From: the human T2T-CHM13v2.0 reference genome, Homo sapiens
DNA length: 64,000 nt
NCBI RefSeq assembly: GCF_009914755.1
Contig: NC_060925.1
Strand: one strand, 5' to 3'
This document shows, piece by piece, positions 1 through 14,325 of the stretch. Below the pieces are notes generated by a model. It had not been told where the DNA came from and did no database searches. It saw only the letters and a program-made list of their open reading frames with translations. How positions within the stretch are numbered: position 1 is the stretch's first letter; each line of letters begins with the position of its first letter. The position numbers were made by a program, and so were the translations under genes.

Positions 1-17
1 TGGGACATGTTCTGAAC
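1..17 (-). CDS. OLFM3: OLFM3 exon 3, 5' end only (VQNMS[Q]...); continues off the window edge
   Basis: Minus strand reads tcttgttcaacAG|GTT CAG AAC ATG TCC CA. This phase-0 acceptor continues ...LRQLLEK|VQNMSQ of olfactomedin-3. Confidence 0.93.
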
Positions 18-860
18 CTGTTGAACAAGAATATTGTCTGTACATTATTATCTGTTTGCAGGTTTGTGCAATCACTAAGAAATAGCAAAAATGCCGTTAA
101 CATAAAAACTAGAAGTGCCAAATTCATAACTGGGTTCCCATATGACACATTTTCAGAAGAACAATTCTTCATTATAAACATTTAAAGAATTCAGCAAGAG
201 AAAATTATACCTAGACAGGAAATTTAAAAACGGGCATTCTAGCATTAGAACTGACTGAATATAAATGGGCTTAATACATTAGAAAAATAAGCTTTAAAAA
301 TAGAATTTTCATTTTAAGGCTTTGTAAGCTAATAACATCCCAACCTGTTAAATGTCAAAATAAGTTGTTTCTGTAAGTACTAATTCTGACTTCTTAAATA
401 TTTAGGATGTTTAGCAATTGTGGATGGTAGTGAAGTGTCGAAGAGGCCTAGAATGCATTCATTCTAGCTCAGTAAGTTCTTAATGGGTCTAAAGTACTCC
501 CAGGGGTGAGACTGAATTGACTAAGACAAGTGGTAGCAGTACTAGAACACTCCCTAAATTGGACAGCATAGTGTTTGAGGGACCTGGAAAAGGGTAACTG
601 CATCAAGTGCTTGGTAGACAGGACTTAAACACATTTTAAGCCAATGGCACCATCCCAGGTTCGCTGAACCCTGGGCTATTTGGAAGTAAAAAAGAGGTAA
701 CCTATAACGCATGCAGAAATGAGAGGAAAAAATGACTGGTCTAATTTTTGTAGCAACAAAAATCTGAAAACAAAGAGAAAGCATCTAATAACAGGGGATG
801 TGTTAAATAGAGAAATAGAATATGAATGACCCGTTATAAAGATTAAGATAGATCTCTATG

Positions 861-1014
861 CTGTTAGTACTCAAAGCAACAATTTTGGTATCACCTAGGA
901 GTTTGTCAGAAATGCAAAATCTCAGAAATGCTCATCCAGAACTACTGAATCAAAATATACATTTATCAAGATTCCCAAGTGATTCCTATGTCTATTAAAG
1001 TTTGAGAAGTACTG
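861..1014 (+). mobile_element. MER5B-like hAT-Charlie DNA transposon remnant
   Basis: tcacctaggagtttgtcagaaatgcaaaatctcag...ctactgaatcaaaat...gtgattcctatg...aaagtttgagaagtactg matches the MER5 consensus. Confidence 0.75.
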
Positions 1015-1065
1015 CTCAATATAGAAAGATTTCAATGAGAAAAGCAAATGTAAAGATCTTCATAA

Positions 1066-1378
<313 letters not shown>

Positions 1379-1774
1379 ATTCTGTTTATTCTAAATCAAA
1401 TACAAATACATGCACACACATATAATCAGTAAAAAGTTATTTTCATTGAAAACATGTGATTTACAAAGGGATGACTTGCTCAGACACAAATTTTTGTCAT
1501 CAGATAAAGTGGCAATGCTAAATGGATCAGCCAGCTGTAAAGTTCCCATAGTTGATACATTCCTTAGAACTATAATATTGGAAAAAGGCAGTGAATACTG
1601 TCTTGGCCTGCCTCAGTTCTTTGCCTTTTTTTCACCCTTTTCTGTTCCCTCTGCTGTCTTGATCCATCATCTTGCCCTTTTTGGATCCTGTCCTTTTAGG
1701 ACATATTACAGTCTGGCTTATCTTAAAACTAATTGTGTTATGTGGGTGTGGAGTAGGGGCAGGGAAGTAGCCTT

Positions 1775-1885
1775 CCCTTTGTGAGCTCCATGAGGTTAGA
1801 AGCTGTGTCTTACTCATATCTTCCATTTCCAAGACCTTACACGGAACCAGGCACAGAGTAAGTGTTCAATGAATATTTATTGAGT
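1775..1885 (+). mobile_element. L2 3' end fragment
   Basis: tgtgagctccatgagg...ccaggcacagagtaagtgttcaatgaatatttattgagt. Confidence 0.7.
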
Positions 1886-2929
1886 AAAATTATCTTGGGT
1901 TTGTAATAGTAATAATAAGTATTTAGAATTTTAAGGAGAGTCTTCCTACTCCTGTCTCTGGTTAGGCAACAGCATTATAGGAATGTAAGTATTTCTTAAT
2001 TTACTAAAAGTTTAATATTCCGAAAGCTTTATTTTTAATTTTCAAAATATTTAATCTAGCACAAAATTACTAAGACAACATTGGAAGCATGGTAACGCCA
2101 TTGTGGATAAATGCAATGCTTTCAACATAACTTTCTAACTTCATTTGTGGTTAAACATGTATAAGGAAAAGCCATTTGCATTAAAAAAAACTGTCTACGT
2201 ATTTAAATATGGCATTTGTCTGTGAGGACACCTATCATTAGCATGGCTGATATCCTGGTAATAATTCTATGTACCTGGGCCAAGTCTATACAATTAGAAA
2301 ATGATGGGCAAGATAAGGTATTCTGGATAAAGTTAAAATAGCCTGTCTTTATTTCTGCCTTTGACTCACCCTATAAGGTTAATTTTCAACTTCATTTGTG
2401 TTACAGGAAAATGCACTGAGATAATTTTTGCTAAGGCTTGATGGTGACCTATATTGCAGAATCATGTGTAATTAGAGGAGCTACATTTGGGGTAATGGCT
2501 AGAGCTAGAGCTGTCTAATTGGCCAGGATTTGGCTTCAGGTGGTCTTAAGCATCTCTTGCTGGTTATAACTAGGATTGTTTAGTTTCCCACTGGCTATAG
2601 AGGCCTACAGAGCATCAGTTTCCTGATGACACAGGAGACTGAATACCCATGACGACATGAGTAAGGAAGGAGAACTGTCTGCTATGTTCCCTCTTTTTGT
2701 TGGCTTATCTCTGCGGTTGTTCTATGATTCAGCTTTCCAGAGGTGTTTCTGTGATTAGGATCTCTCAGCATAGTTTGGCAAGCTCATTGTCGCCCTTCCT
2801 GGATAATTCTTTTGGAATTTTTATTTATTCTGGTTCTTTGTATAAATAAGATATCTGGGGCTTTTCTGGACTTAAACACAAATTAACTTTGATTTTCACT
2901 CTCACTCATAATTAGTGAGGTGGTCACTT

Positions 2930-3152
2930 GAAAAAAAAGGTCTATTAATTAAATACATTTGGATAGCCTTGAATTTAACACATATAAACCGATTTCTTGA
3001 CTGTAGGACTTAACAAAAACTTTAGTAGTAAACTGTGTATTTGAAATCTTCAAGAATGAAGTATCATGTACAATGTTTCTTAAACTTATGTCATTGGTGA
3101 GGATGATGGCAGTGTCCTATTAAAAAAAATCACACTTTAGGAAATATTGACT
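2930..3152 (-). mobile_element. MER112/MER113-like hAT-Charlie remnant
   Basis: tttcttgactgtaggactt...aatgtttcttaaactta...cacactttaggaaatattg resembles the MER112 consensus. Confidence 0.55.
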
Positions 3153-4490
3153 TAGATAATACAAGACATCTTTAACTGTACAGGGAAGCTACATAGTTAA
3201 CAAACAAATAATTTTTTAGGTGAGCAATTTTAGTTTTGGCATACTAAGACCTGAAATACTGTGAAACCAATTATATTTTTTCTAATATTCAATAATATAA
3301 ATACCTGTTAAATGGTAAACAGAGCATCACTTAAATAAGTATGGATATACCAGTGGGATTTTGTATGACACTGGTACAGCATTGAGAAAATGCAAACGGA
3401 TCTGTTAGAGCCACAACTTACTGATTGAGTGACAATGGAAAGTTTTCAACCTAAAAACCACCAGTTTTCTTTTACATAAACTTAGAAAGATAACTATCCC
3501 TTCTATAAGGATTTAATGAAGTAGATACAAAATATAATACAAAATATACTAATAATGGGAACTATTGTTGTAAATATTGTCTTTATTAACAATATTCCCT
3601 TATATATGACTAAATCAATCTTTTTGGTTAAAAGTGAAGGAGGTGCTTAAAGGTCATGCTCTTGTTTGCCCTTTGGTGCCTTGGATATATGTGAAACTAT
3701 AGAGAGATAAGCAAGGGACTGGCTCAGTCTGAAATACTGTGATATCTCAGACATCTTTTCTTTGGATCAGTGCAGCAAACCAGTGCTACTTAACCTCCTT
3801 CAGGCCACTGTAAAAGAGTGCACACAATTTACGATTCCTCTGTTGCTCTAAAACTACCATATGGTAAGTTTAATACATCTGCCTTGTGGTGACTCCAATT
3901 TTGTGAATAAATTTTGTTTTTTGTCATTTATGTATTAATAAATTTTTAAAGGTATTATGTTCTAGAATTTCTTGAAAACATTCAGACAAATTACATGTTG
4001 GATGGATGGAGTGGTCATATTAATTTCTATTATTATTTTCAACCAACCAATATAATGCTTTCATACATTTTTGCTTTCTTCATCTTTCACTACTTCCCAG
4101 TTTTATCATAGCTATGAAATACATTTTACTTTGAACCTGTAAAGGGAATTATCCACTTTCTGACATTTATACTTTATTTTAATTTTTTCAACTGATTTTT
4201 GAAGAAATGTTTGAGTGTATGTGTAGGTGTGAATATGTAATGCTGTACTGAAAAATAGCAACACAGAAGATAAAGTATGGTGTCTAAGAAAATCTCTCAC
4301 CTTAGTTTATATAGAAAAAAAGATATTTCTGGGTAGAAAAGAAGATTTGGTGAAGAACATTGATTATCTGAAGGGAAATACAATTTAACAGGAAAGCAAA
4401 ATTGGATGTAAAAGATTAGATCTTTTTACTAATGTAAATAATTTCCCTGGTAAACAAACAAAATATATATTTGAATTTTTATATAAATAA

Positions 4491-4804
<314 letters not shown>

Positions 4805-5033
4805 TTGTCATGGTTTCTAATAGTTAGATGCATGTTAGCTGAAGTCATTATTCTGAATGAAAATGACATATGCTCTTGTTGGATGACAGATATTGAGGGA
4901 TCCGAAAGGATGGGATCTTGCCATAAAAGGAGGCTTAAGAAGAAAGGGCCAATAGGTGATGATAACTTCAAGCAGAGGGGAAGGAGAAACAGACTAAGCT
5001 TTATATAAGCACATGAAAAAATCCTAAAATCTT

Positions 5034-5210
5034 AGAGCATCAATATACTTGCAAATAATATATACAGAGGAAACTTATTTTCACTATGTAGCAGTGGAAG
5101 AAAGTCACCATGGCAGCCTGAAATTGTGTAAATAATGAGTGTCTCTATTAAAAAACTTGATTTCATTTTTCTAGCTTCTCTTCATTTTTTGTTAAAAAGT
5201 TTCTATTCAA
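5034..5210. repeat. Copy A of a diverged ~180 bp local direct duplication (copy B at 7650-7829)
   Basis: Colinear shared blocks include cagtggaagaaagt (5092-5105 / 7707-7720) and atttttctagcttctc (5165-5180 / 7785-7800). Confidence 0.85.
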
Positions 5211-5948
5211 TGCCATAAATGTGTGGGTGATCATGAAAATGACATCACACAGAGTCAATTGTTAAGCATGATGTCCTCTAGAACACATACTACCTAATTT
5301 ATCTTATTATTCCTAATGACATTTAGAATCCAAACACGTCATCTTTCCATAATCTGGCCACTCCAGCTGTCTTACTACATTTAGAGCCCAGCACAGTGAA
5401 AGTCTGAGTGAGAATATTTGACAGAACGATTCATTGGTTTTCCTCCCTCCCAACTAAACATAAATAACCTTTCATGAGCTCACATTTATGTGTAAAAGAG
5501 AATAAATCAAAGACATTCTGCATTTGATTGTTATGAATCCATATTAAGTAAATTATGGAGAGAATGGTATTGAATGAAATTGAAGAGCTTAATGTTAAAA
5601 GGAATCACTTAGAGAATGATGATAAACACTTGGAATTATTCATTATCTGTCCAGATAGCTTGCATATCACATGCAATTATTTTAACTTTATTGCAAGGTT
5701 GTTATGGGATTCAAAAGTTTGAGCTCCAAGAGTCTAGTGTGATCCTGAGAGTGGAGCTGAATTTTTGGCATCAGAATAAGATGCTTTTTTTTTTTCCTTA
5801 ATGAGATATCAACTAGAGATTAAGATATATGGTAGAGAGCCAGTCTTAAGGTGGCAAGGTTAGAAAAAGTAAAAAGTCATAGAAATAGGACAAAGACAAT
5901 AGCAGGAAGCTTGAGGTAACCCTTTCAAGGATCAGAAAAAAAAGCTTA

Positions 5949-6254
<306 letters not shown>

Positions 6255-7200
6255 TTATAGGATAAAAAGAGTGTTGGTTTGTAGCATTTCAAGTAAAACA
6301 CTTTTTTGATAATTTAACTTTGTGTTTTCAATCTTTAAAGTTAGCAGAGAGATATTAAACAATTTATATAGGCAGTATAGCTTCATTCAGTATACCCTCC
6401 TTATCAATGTCCAAAACAAGATCCTTTCTTGTCTTCAGGTGCCATATTAGTAACTGATTTTGATCTCATACTATTTCCCAATGCTTTTTCTATTTTGTGA
6501 CATTTTAATGCAACTTTAGAAGCATCTAGTAACTACTTAATCACATATGACTCGTCCTTCTACATAAGATCTTCTTAACAGTAAATGACAATTACTAATA
6601 TTAATATATTATTTTCTAATTATAATTCATGTGTGATATTCTGAAACAAAGTCCTGTTTCAAGGAGGCTTCCCATATATTGAAGCCTTAATTATTAATAA
6701 AGTGGAAAAGAGATCATTGACGACATAGGTTAAAAATAATTAGACCAGCACTATTTTGCACGAAATGCAGACTCTTAGAGGACTTAGAGTTTTTGGCAGA
6801 GTCTGCCAAATTGATTTTCCCAAAAACTTCTGTACACTTATCACTCTACCTTCTTAGAACTCAAGTGTGAAGGGGTGGTATTCCAGTTCTACTGTAGTTT
6901 TTCTGCAATTTATGCTTCTAGATTTATCTTCTGTACCATCCAACAGAAACCTTTAACCAAATCGGTCTGTGTGCGTCGTGCAAGCATGCCATGTTGATTC
7001 ATGTCTTTTTATGTCGCTCATTTCATTTTTCCTGCTTGGAATGCCTCCTTTATAAACCATGAATTTATTCAGCCCTTGTGATTTCTACCTGTTGTGAAGA
7101 AACTGTCTGTACTATTCATTAGGTATTTAATGTATATTTTCTAGAATTGTCATTTGCCTTTCACATATCTCATTTCAACAATTAGCTTATATCCAGCTAT

Positions 7201-7548
7201 TTTTTTTTATATATAGACAAAACCTCACTCTGTCACCCAGGCTGGAGTGCAGGGGTGAGATCACAGCCACTGCAGCCTCCTGGGCTCAAGCAATCCTCCC
7301 ACCTCAGCCGATATCTCAGCTCACTGCAACCTCTGCTTCTCACGTTCAAGCGATTCACCTGCCTCAGCCTCTTGAGTAGCTGGGATTACAGGCATGTGTC
7401 ACCATGTCTGGCTAATTTTTGTATTTTCAGTAGAGATGGGGTTTCACTATGTTGGCCAGCCTGGTCTTGAATTCCTAGGCTCATGTGATCCAACCGCCTC
7501 GGCCTCCCAAAGTGCCGGGATAACAGGCATGAACCACTGCAACCAGCC
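7201..7548 (-). mobile_element. Chimeric Alu (AluJ-like partial right arm fused to an AluS-like body)
   Basis: The right-arm segment appears twice: J-type ctgggctcaagcaatcctcccacctcagcc, then S-type gttcaagcgattcacctgcctcagcc. Flanked by cagctatt (7194-7201 / 7549-7556). Confidence 0.88.
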
Positions 7549-7649
7549 CAGCTATTAGAAATGTAAATATTTCCTATTTGACCTATCAAGTAGACTCTAT
7601 CAAGCACAAAGATAAGCATTATTATTTTTTATGAAATCATTTTTCAGCA

Positions 7650-7829
7650 AGAACATCAATAGACTTCCAAATAATGTACACCAAATTTATTTTCATAAAT
7701 AAATTTCAGTGGAAGAAAGTTACCACACGTAGACTTGAAATTCTGTAAACTAGAAGTGTCTGTATTAATAAACTTGATGGTTTTATTTTTCTAGCTTCTC
7801 CTGATATTCCATTAAAAAGTTCTTTTCAT
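7650..7829. repeat. Copy B of the ~180 bp local direct duplication
   Basis: See 5034-5210; offset ~2615-2620 bp. Confidence 0.85.
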
Positions 7830-7844
7830 TATACAGATAGAAGC

Positions 7845-7969
7845 TATTTTAGTAGAGTTGGATCTCGCCATGTTGGCCAGGCTGGTCTCGGACTCCTGAT
7901 CTCAGGTGATCCGCCTGCCTCAGCCTCCCAAAGTGCTGCGACTAAAGCTCTAAGCCACCGCGCTGGGCC
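7845..7969 (-). mobile_element. Alu left arm only, no tail
   Basis: tattttagtagag...gccatgttggccaggctggtctcggactcctgatctcaggtgatccgcctgcctcagcctcccaaagtgctg. Confidence 0.9.
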
Positions 7970-9469
7970 AGGAGCAAATTCTTAAAGTAACTAAAGCATG
8001 AACCAGGTTGACTTCTTTCTCCACAGATTTACCATAGTATGTGGAGTCTTCTGTCTCTAGAATTCACAGCAGAAGAGACACAATCTCCCGTATACTTTGT
8101 CCTAGGTTCTAGCTCATCACATACCATAAACCACCACAAAGGTCTTTTTCTTCTGAAAGCTTTAATGATAACTACTTCTAGGTGCCGATAGGCCTTCCAA
8201 CAACAATCATGAGCAAATATTGGGGATGCTAAAAATTATAAACTCAAGAAACTCATGATGATACCAAGTCATCATCCTTGATCTATTACGTAAAGGAAAT
8301 GGTACCAGACATATCTTTTGAATGTCTTATTTTCTAACTCCTTTAAAAAAATTAATTCATAGATGTTTCCAATGCTGCCTTTTATTTTTGGGGGTCAGAC
8401 TCGTTAACATTCTCCCCATCCCTTCTTTCTAGCTCTTATGCTTGAATATCCAGTTAGGATGGAAAGATGTACTTAGAATTATACATTATTCAAATTAGAT
8501 AAGATCTTAGAGATTACTGGGTTAGTCTTTTAGTATTATTTTTTAAAATGCAGACTACCCACAGAATGGAAATAGAAACAGCTTACCAGAGTAATTTCAA
8601 TGATATAATTAGGTTCAAGTTGAGTAACAGTATGCGATTGATGTATCTGGACATAAGCCCTGCAGTTTTAGCTGGGCATCTCCTAACATTGGACGCAAAT
8701 CTAAAATATGCCAGAAAATTGAGGCTTGTCACTAGGATAAATTAATCTATTGGACAAAGGATGAGAGGCCACCCAATTATAATATTAAAATATTTTAACA
8801 GCAGTCCAAACACTGATTATTAAACCTGGCAGCATTAATATTGACGTGCACTTGCCAAGTGTTTGGCTAACTAGTGTGGAGCTCATCATGACAGAACTCC
8901 ATGTCAGTTGCTCTCTGGAACCAGGGAAGTGGGAAAGGTGAAGAGGGTTTAATGTTCATTTAGCATTTCCCCTGAAGTGTCAGTTCAATAAAACTAAAGA
9001 CTCCAGACTTGTTTGTACTTCCAATTGTCTTATTGTAAGAATCAGTGAAAAGAGCCATGACCTTCTCTACTACAGAGTTACTTTGAATGATTTAAACTAT
9101 AAAAAGCCAGCTTTTTGACAAGAAAAAGGTAACTCAAAAGAGGAAAAAACCTAATAGAAAAGATGAGTGCTTGACAGTCCTGTGGGTTTTGATAGAGACC
9201 TCTGTGTTGGGGTCAGTGATAAATAGAAGCTTTATGAGTGTTTCTAGTGTTCTCTTTTAGAGAATCCATGCTGGCATTGAAAAGAGAATCAAAATCAAAC
9301 CAACTAAGATCTCGGATGGAAGGACGTATTTAGAAGTTTTTTGGAAAAGACTTGCTCCAATTTTAACATATAAGAACAATTATTTAGGTGTCAATAAAAC
9401 ATGCAACAGGAATAGCAATCATTAATGGAGTTCTATTCATTACCTGGCAGTTCATATGTGCTATTGCTT

Positions 9470-9955
9470 TCGAATATTATAATACACCTATGGACTAGGT
9501 GGTGGTATTCTGCCCATTATACAGATGAGGAAACAGACTCAGAGACAGGAAGGAACTTGTTCAAAGTCATGCAGGGAGTATCAGCCAGTGAGTAGGGAGA
9601 TTTGTGTAAGTCTTCCTTTTAGGCAGACCTGGGATTTGTACTGAGAGAGTCTTATTTCAGAGATTTTTTTTTTTTTTTTGAGACAGGTTCTCGCTCTGTT
9701 GTCCAAGCTGAAGTGTAGTGGGGTGATCTCAGCTCACTGCAACCACTGCCTCCTGAGTTCAAGTGATTCTCCCACCACAGTTTCCTGAGTAGCTGAGACT
9801 GTAGGCACACACAATCACGCCCAGTTAATTTTTGTATCTTTTTTGGTGATGGGGTTTTACCATGTTGCTCAGGCCTACCTCGCACTCCTGGACTCAGGCA
9901 ATCTGCCCGCCTCGGCCTCCCAACAGAGAGTGAAATTTAACCACCACACTACACC
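9470..9955 (-). mobile_element. MIR interrupted by an Alu
   Basis: cccattatacagatgaggaaacagactcagaga...aacttgttcaaagtcatgcag; resumes after the Alu as tttaaccaccacactacacc. Confidence 0.65.
9664..9923 (-). mobile_element. 5'-truncated Alu (J/old S type)
   Basis: Poly(T)16, then gagacaggttctcgctctgtt...ctgcccgcctcggcctcccaa. Confidence 0.93.
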
Positions 9956-11445
9956 ATCAATTATTTTAATACCCTTTCATACATAATGATTATAACCTTG
10001 GTAGCATTTTCTGAACTACTGTGAAGCTCAGTGCTTAGACCTGGAGGGTACATATAGTTTAGTGGTACCCAAAGCATTAATAATCACAGTGATTACTGAT
10101 GCAGTTCTCTTTGAACCTTTCGTGTTAATTGGAAGAACTAAATGAAGTATTGAGCAGTTTTTAATATTGTAAAACTCATAAAATATTTAAGAATGCTCTA
10201 AATAGGAGAATTAAAATTATAGTTTTAACAATTGTATTACAAATCTGGATTATTTGCTTATAACTTAATTACAAAGCTGTGCTTTATAAATATAAAGCTA
10301 GTATATGATAGTTCTAAGGCTTCAGGGGCTTTGTAATAGGAAAGAAGGATCTTGAGGCTTGACAAGTAAAAGTAAAAAATAATCAAACTACCCTGCATTT
10401 CAATAGATTTTTTGCTTATAAAATCCCTGCTATTGTTTTAGTCTCACTTTTCTTGAACGAACTATCCTTAGAAATAGACAGTATTTAAATTTACTTATGA
10501 GGAAACTGGAAACCAATACTCAAAGAACTTAAACATGTTTTATAAGTCATCCATTTTGTTAATGCCATATATAGGACTTATACCAGCTTTCCCCAGTTTT
10601 TAGCCCAGAGCTTTTTATGCTCATACTCTTTGGATAAATGTAGATAGATCATCTATGTCCATTCACCAGTAACCATAAACACTGCTATAGAGAAGACAGG
10701 CCCCACTGTAGTTGATGAGAAGAGATGCACCCAGGCAGGTAGAGGGCATTATCCAAACAGCATGGAAACAAGTAGCCATTGGTGCCTCAGAGGAACAGAT
10801 AGCAGTACAGGCTCTGCAATATATAGTCAGATATTCCTGTGGAAGGCACGGCAATCATTTATCAGGGTCTAGATGGAGGGACAGGCAAAGTAAGAGAATT
10901 CTGATCCTTTGAACAGAAGAAAATCAACTGATCGAATATTGCTAGATTTTTTGTATTATCCTGATTTTCTGGGTATTTCATAAAAAGGACAAAAAGGGAT
11001 ATAGCTACTGAAAGTGTTGTACAAATGGAGGAAATAAAGCCTAAATAAATCTGTTTATTAAAACTTACTTGATTTAGAGTGGAGATACCTGAGTGATGAA
11101 AAATCCCTGATAAATTTTCTGTCTGAAGATAGGCTTGGTCCCAGAGAGTGACATGTGGTTTAGCATGCTAATGGCTTCAGTTGTGGAGACAAGAAAATGT
11201 GAGGACAGGAATTAGACAGATGTCGACAGACCACGCCAAAAGAAGCTGTGTTCTGGAGGATGTTAATAAAGATGTCACTGCATAGCTGTTTTCTTGCTAT
11301 TACTTATAATAATTCTTAGGACTGAATAAGAAACGCGTATTCTTCACTGAAGGAAACCTCCAGGCTTTAAGAAAAAACAACTATAAAAGCAAAAATAATA
11401 ATAATAATAATGAATAAAAACCAAAAACATTATCAAATTTAGGTT

Positions 11446-11752
11446 AGGGTGCAGTGGCTCAGGTCTATAATCCCAACACTTTGGGAGGCTGGGGCAGGTG
11501 GATGGCTTGAGCCCAGGAGTTTGAGACCAGCCTGGGCAGCATAATGAGACCCCCTCATCTCTAGGAAAAATACAAAAATTAGCTGGACCTGGTAGCCTAT
11601 AGTCCCAGCTACTCAGTGGGGTGAGATGGGGGGCCGCTGAAGTGGGAAGATGGCTTGAGCCTGGGAAGTCGAGGCTACAGTGAGCCGAGATAGTGCCATG
11701 GCACTACAGCCTAGGTGACAGAGTGAGACTGTCTGAAAATAATAATAATAAT
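11446..11752 (+). mobile_element. AluJ with (AAT)n tail; the only + strand Alu in the window
   Basis: gcagtggctc...cttgagcccaggagtttgagaccagcctgggcagcata. TSD aaatttaggtt at 11435-11445 and 11753-11763. G-rich internal insert at ~11617-11635. Confidence 0.93.
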
Positions 11753-14325
11753 AAATTTAGGTTGGTCACCTCTGCTTATGCCCTTTGGAAATCACAATGA
11801 CTTAGACTTGGGGAGGTCCTTAGAAGTCATATTTAGTCCCATGTCTTTCCACACAATGGAACGTCTACAAATTCTCCTTGTGTTTCCATTAGACCTCTGC
11901 ATGAAAGGGATTTCACTGCTTTACAGGCAGCCCCCTCCACTGAAGAAAAGCAGGGGGCATGAGCCGAACTCCTCTCTCTGCAGTTTTCCTTCTTTGGCCC
12001 TACTTTTGCTTCAGGCACTCAAGCTAGAATAAATCTACTCTCTTATTCATGTGAGGATTCTTCTATAAGAAAGCAATGATCATATTCTCTGTCACCATCA
12101 AGATTTGCCATTCTGTTCTCTCACCTGGCTTCCCTCCTTAATTTGTTCAGTTGCCCTATCACGAAATGAGCATTACCTAAGAGTTTAGGGAAGGAAAACA
12201 GAATTTGGGGGGAAAAACAGTCATATACAAATCAGTTAAATCAGATATCTTCATCCAGGACTAAAACACATTGGTTAATTGAGGTTAAGAAGCTTAGAAG
12301 ATATTGACAGTTCATTTCAGGGGATTCTACTCATTTTATAGAACTTTAAATTGACTAACTCATCAAAGTAGTTATTCATGAGGAGAAGCCAGCTAGACCT
12401 TTGAAAATGTACCAAAACAAATGACATGCCCACAGGTTCCTTCGAGGCCTCTTCCCACCACAGCAGTAGGGCTATTTGAGAACAGCGGGTGTCTGCTGAA
12501 TGTCCTCAACTTTTTTAATTGCTCTTTCCCAGGGTCTTCCTGGTGTGAAGCCCACAGCGTGAGGGATTTCTCAGAAGCTCAGCCTCTAGGGGAAGTTACT
12601 CTGCATTCAAGAGACGCGCCAGAGGGAGCCTGAGCCTTCTGAGAGCTGAGGCTTCCTCTGCTCAGAAACCAATGCCTCCAAAGGCTGATGGGCCCAGTGG
12701 ATAGATTGGAAGGGGAATAAAAAAGAAAGAAAACAGGGCCAACAAGAAGGATAAAGGAATGTTTCAAGATTCTGAGAAAAACAAGAAGGAGCTTATTCCC
12801 CTAATAAGGAGCTGTATTTAACTACTTACTAATAAAAACATCCTGGAAATTTTAAAACCCCTTTCAGCTTTTGAGATAATCAAATGTGTCCTGTTTCAGA
12901 GGCACCTGCCATAAATTGATTTAATTGCCATTTAATGATTTAAACTCTATTTTTCCTGGTTTTCTTTTTCCAGGTCATTTGAAACTATCATTCTAAAAAA
13001 GGACTATGATCATATTTGTGTAAATCTGCTTTTCTTAAACCATCGTATTTATGTTAATCTGTTTTTTTAACCTCTGCGTATTCCATGAACATTCAGATTT
13101 CAAGACCTGCGTGTGCGTGTGCGTGTGGTATATTGCAAACTCATCCCATTCATACTGTTTAAAGTGAGAACATGGAGTGAGAACATTGATGAGAAGAGCT
13201 GGTTTACTACTTTACAGCAATACCTAGTGAGCCAGGGAGCTGTCAACCCTTCCATCTAAGGGAAGAGTTTTGCTGGCCCTCCATGTGGAAGCAGCAGTAA
13301 GGGTCCCTTGGAATTATTTGAGAGGCAGCAGGAAGAATCCCCTAAGCAAAAGAACCTCTTTCACTGCTTTGTCACATGCCTAAAATGCCAAGAAAGGAGG
13401 ATTTTTTTCTTCTTTATAAATGCAAAACCTTTGGGAATGGTTATGACATAATTGAGAGTATAGCTTTTCTCCAATTCTATGAGGCCAGGGAGATGAGAAA
13501 ACATACTTTAAAGGATGAAGGTGTTGGTGTGTAGGAGGGAAAGAAGAAGAATCCAGGGACATGGAAACAATCTGAGCAGGGTAGTGAGAACCTAGTGGGG
13601 CACCAGGGACCAAGAGGGCCAATGACTGGCAAAGCAATGGTGAAATAGCTTTGTTGAGTAGGGAGGTAGTCATGTAACTTGGTTCCACACTTGCCTCTGC
13701 CATTAACCAAATGGGGGAAATCTGATTGGTGGCTTAAATATTTCCAGTTAGTCTCCCCATTTGTAGAATAATGAGGCTGAATTAGATCAGTCATATTTCC
13801 AGCTAAAGTCTTGAGAGCCCTAAGATTTCTAAGGAGATATCTTGACTGAGACAAGCAGTTGATTGTGTGGGGAGATAACACATGGTGGAGGCCCAGTAAA
13901 TGCCTCTCCCAATCATTTATTATCTGACTTAAGACCTCTTTTATGTTTTGAATTTTCATTTTGTTTTATTCAAAAATATTTATTTAGCACATATAAGATT
14001 TAATTTGCAAAAAAAAAATCTGCTGCTAAAAATAGTATGAACATAACTGGCTTGATGGTTTCTAAGATCCTTTCCACCTTTCTAGCATTAACATTTTATG
14101 TTCCTAGTCTAAGAGATACTGATGCATTCATTCTTCACCCCGGGAATCTTAAAGTATGAGCACTCATTTGGATAATTAGGGAAATGTCATAGACATTGCT
14201 CTTCTGGAAAGCATACCTAAAATAAAAAAAAGAAACATCCAAAAAAGGTTTTCTCCATTCCAGTGAATACCATTTACTGGTTTATTTTCAGTAGCCATAG
14301 TGAAACCTTTTCTACATTTTCTGCT

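Noticed and set aside
13380-13959. 107 and 160 aa minus-strand ORFs as extra OLFM3 exons
   Set aside because: They overlap MIR-like sequence, have no olfactomedin similarity, and the true exons already join in frame without them.
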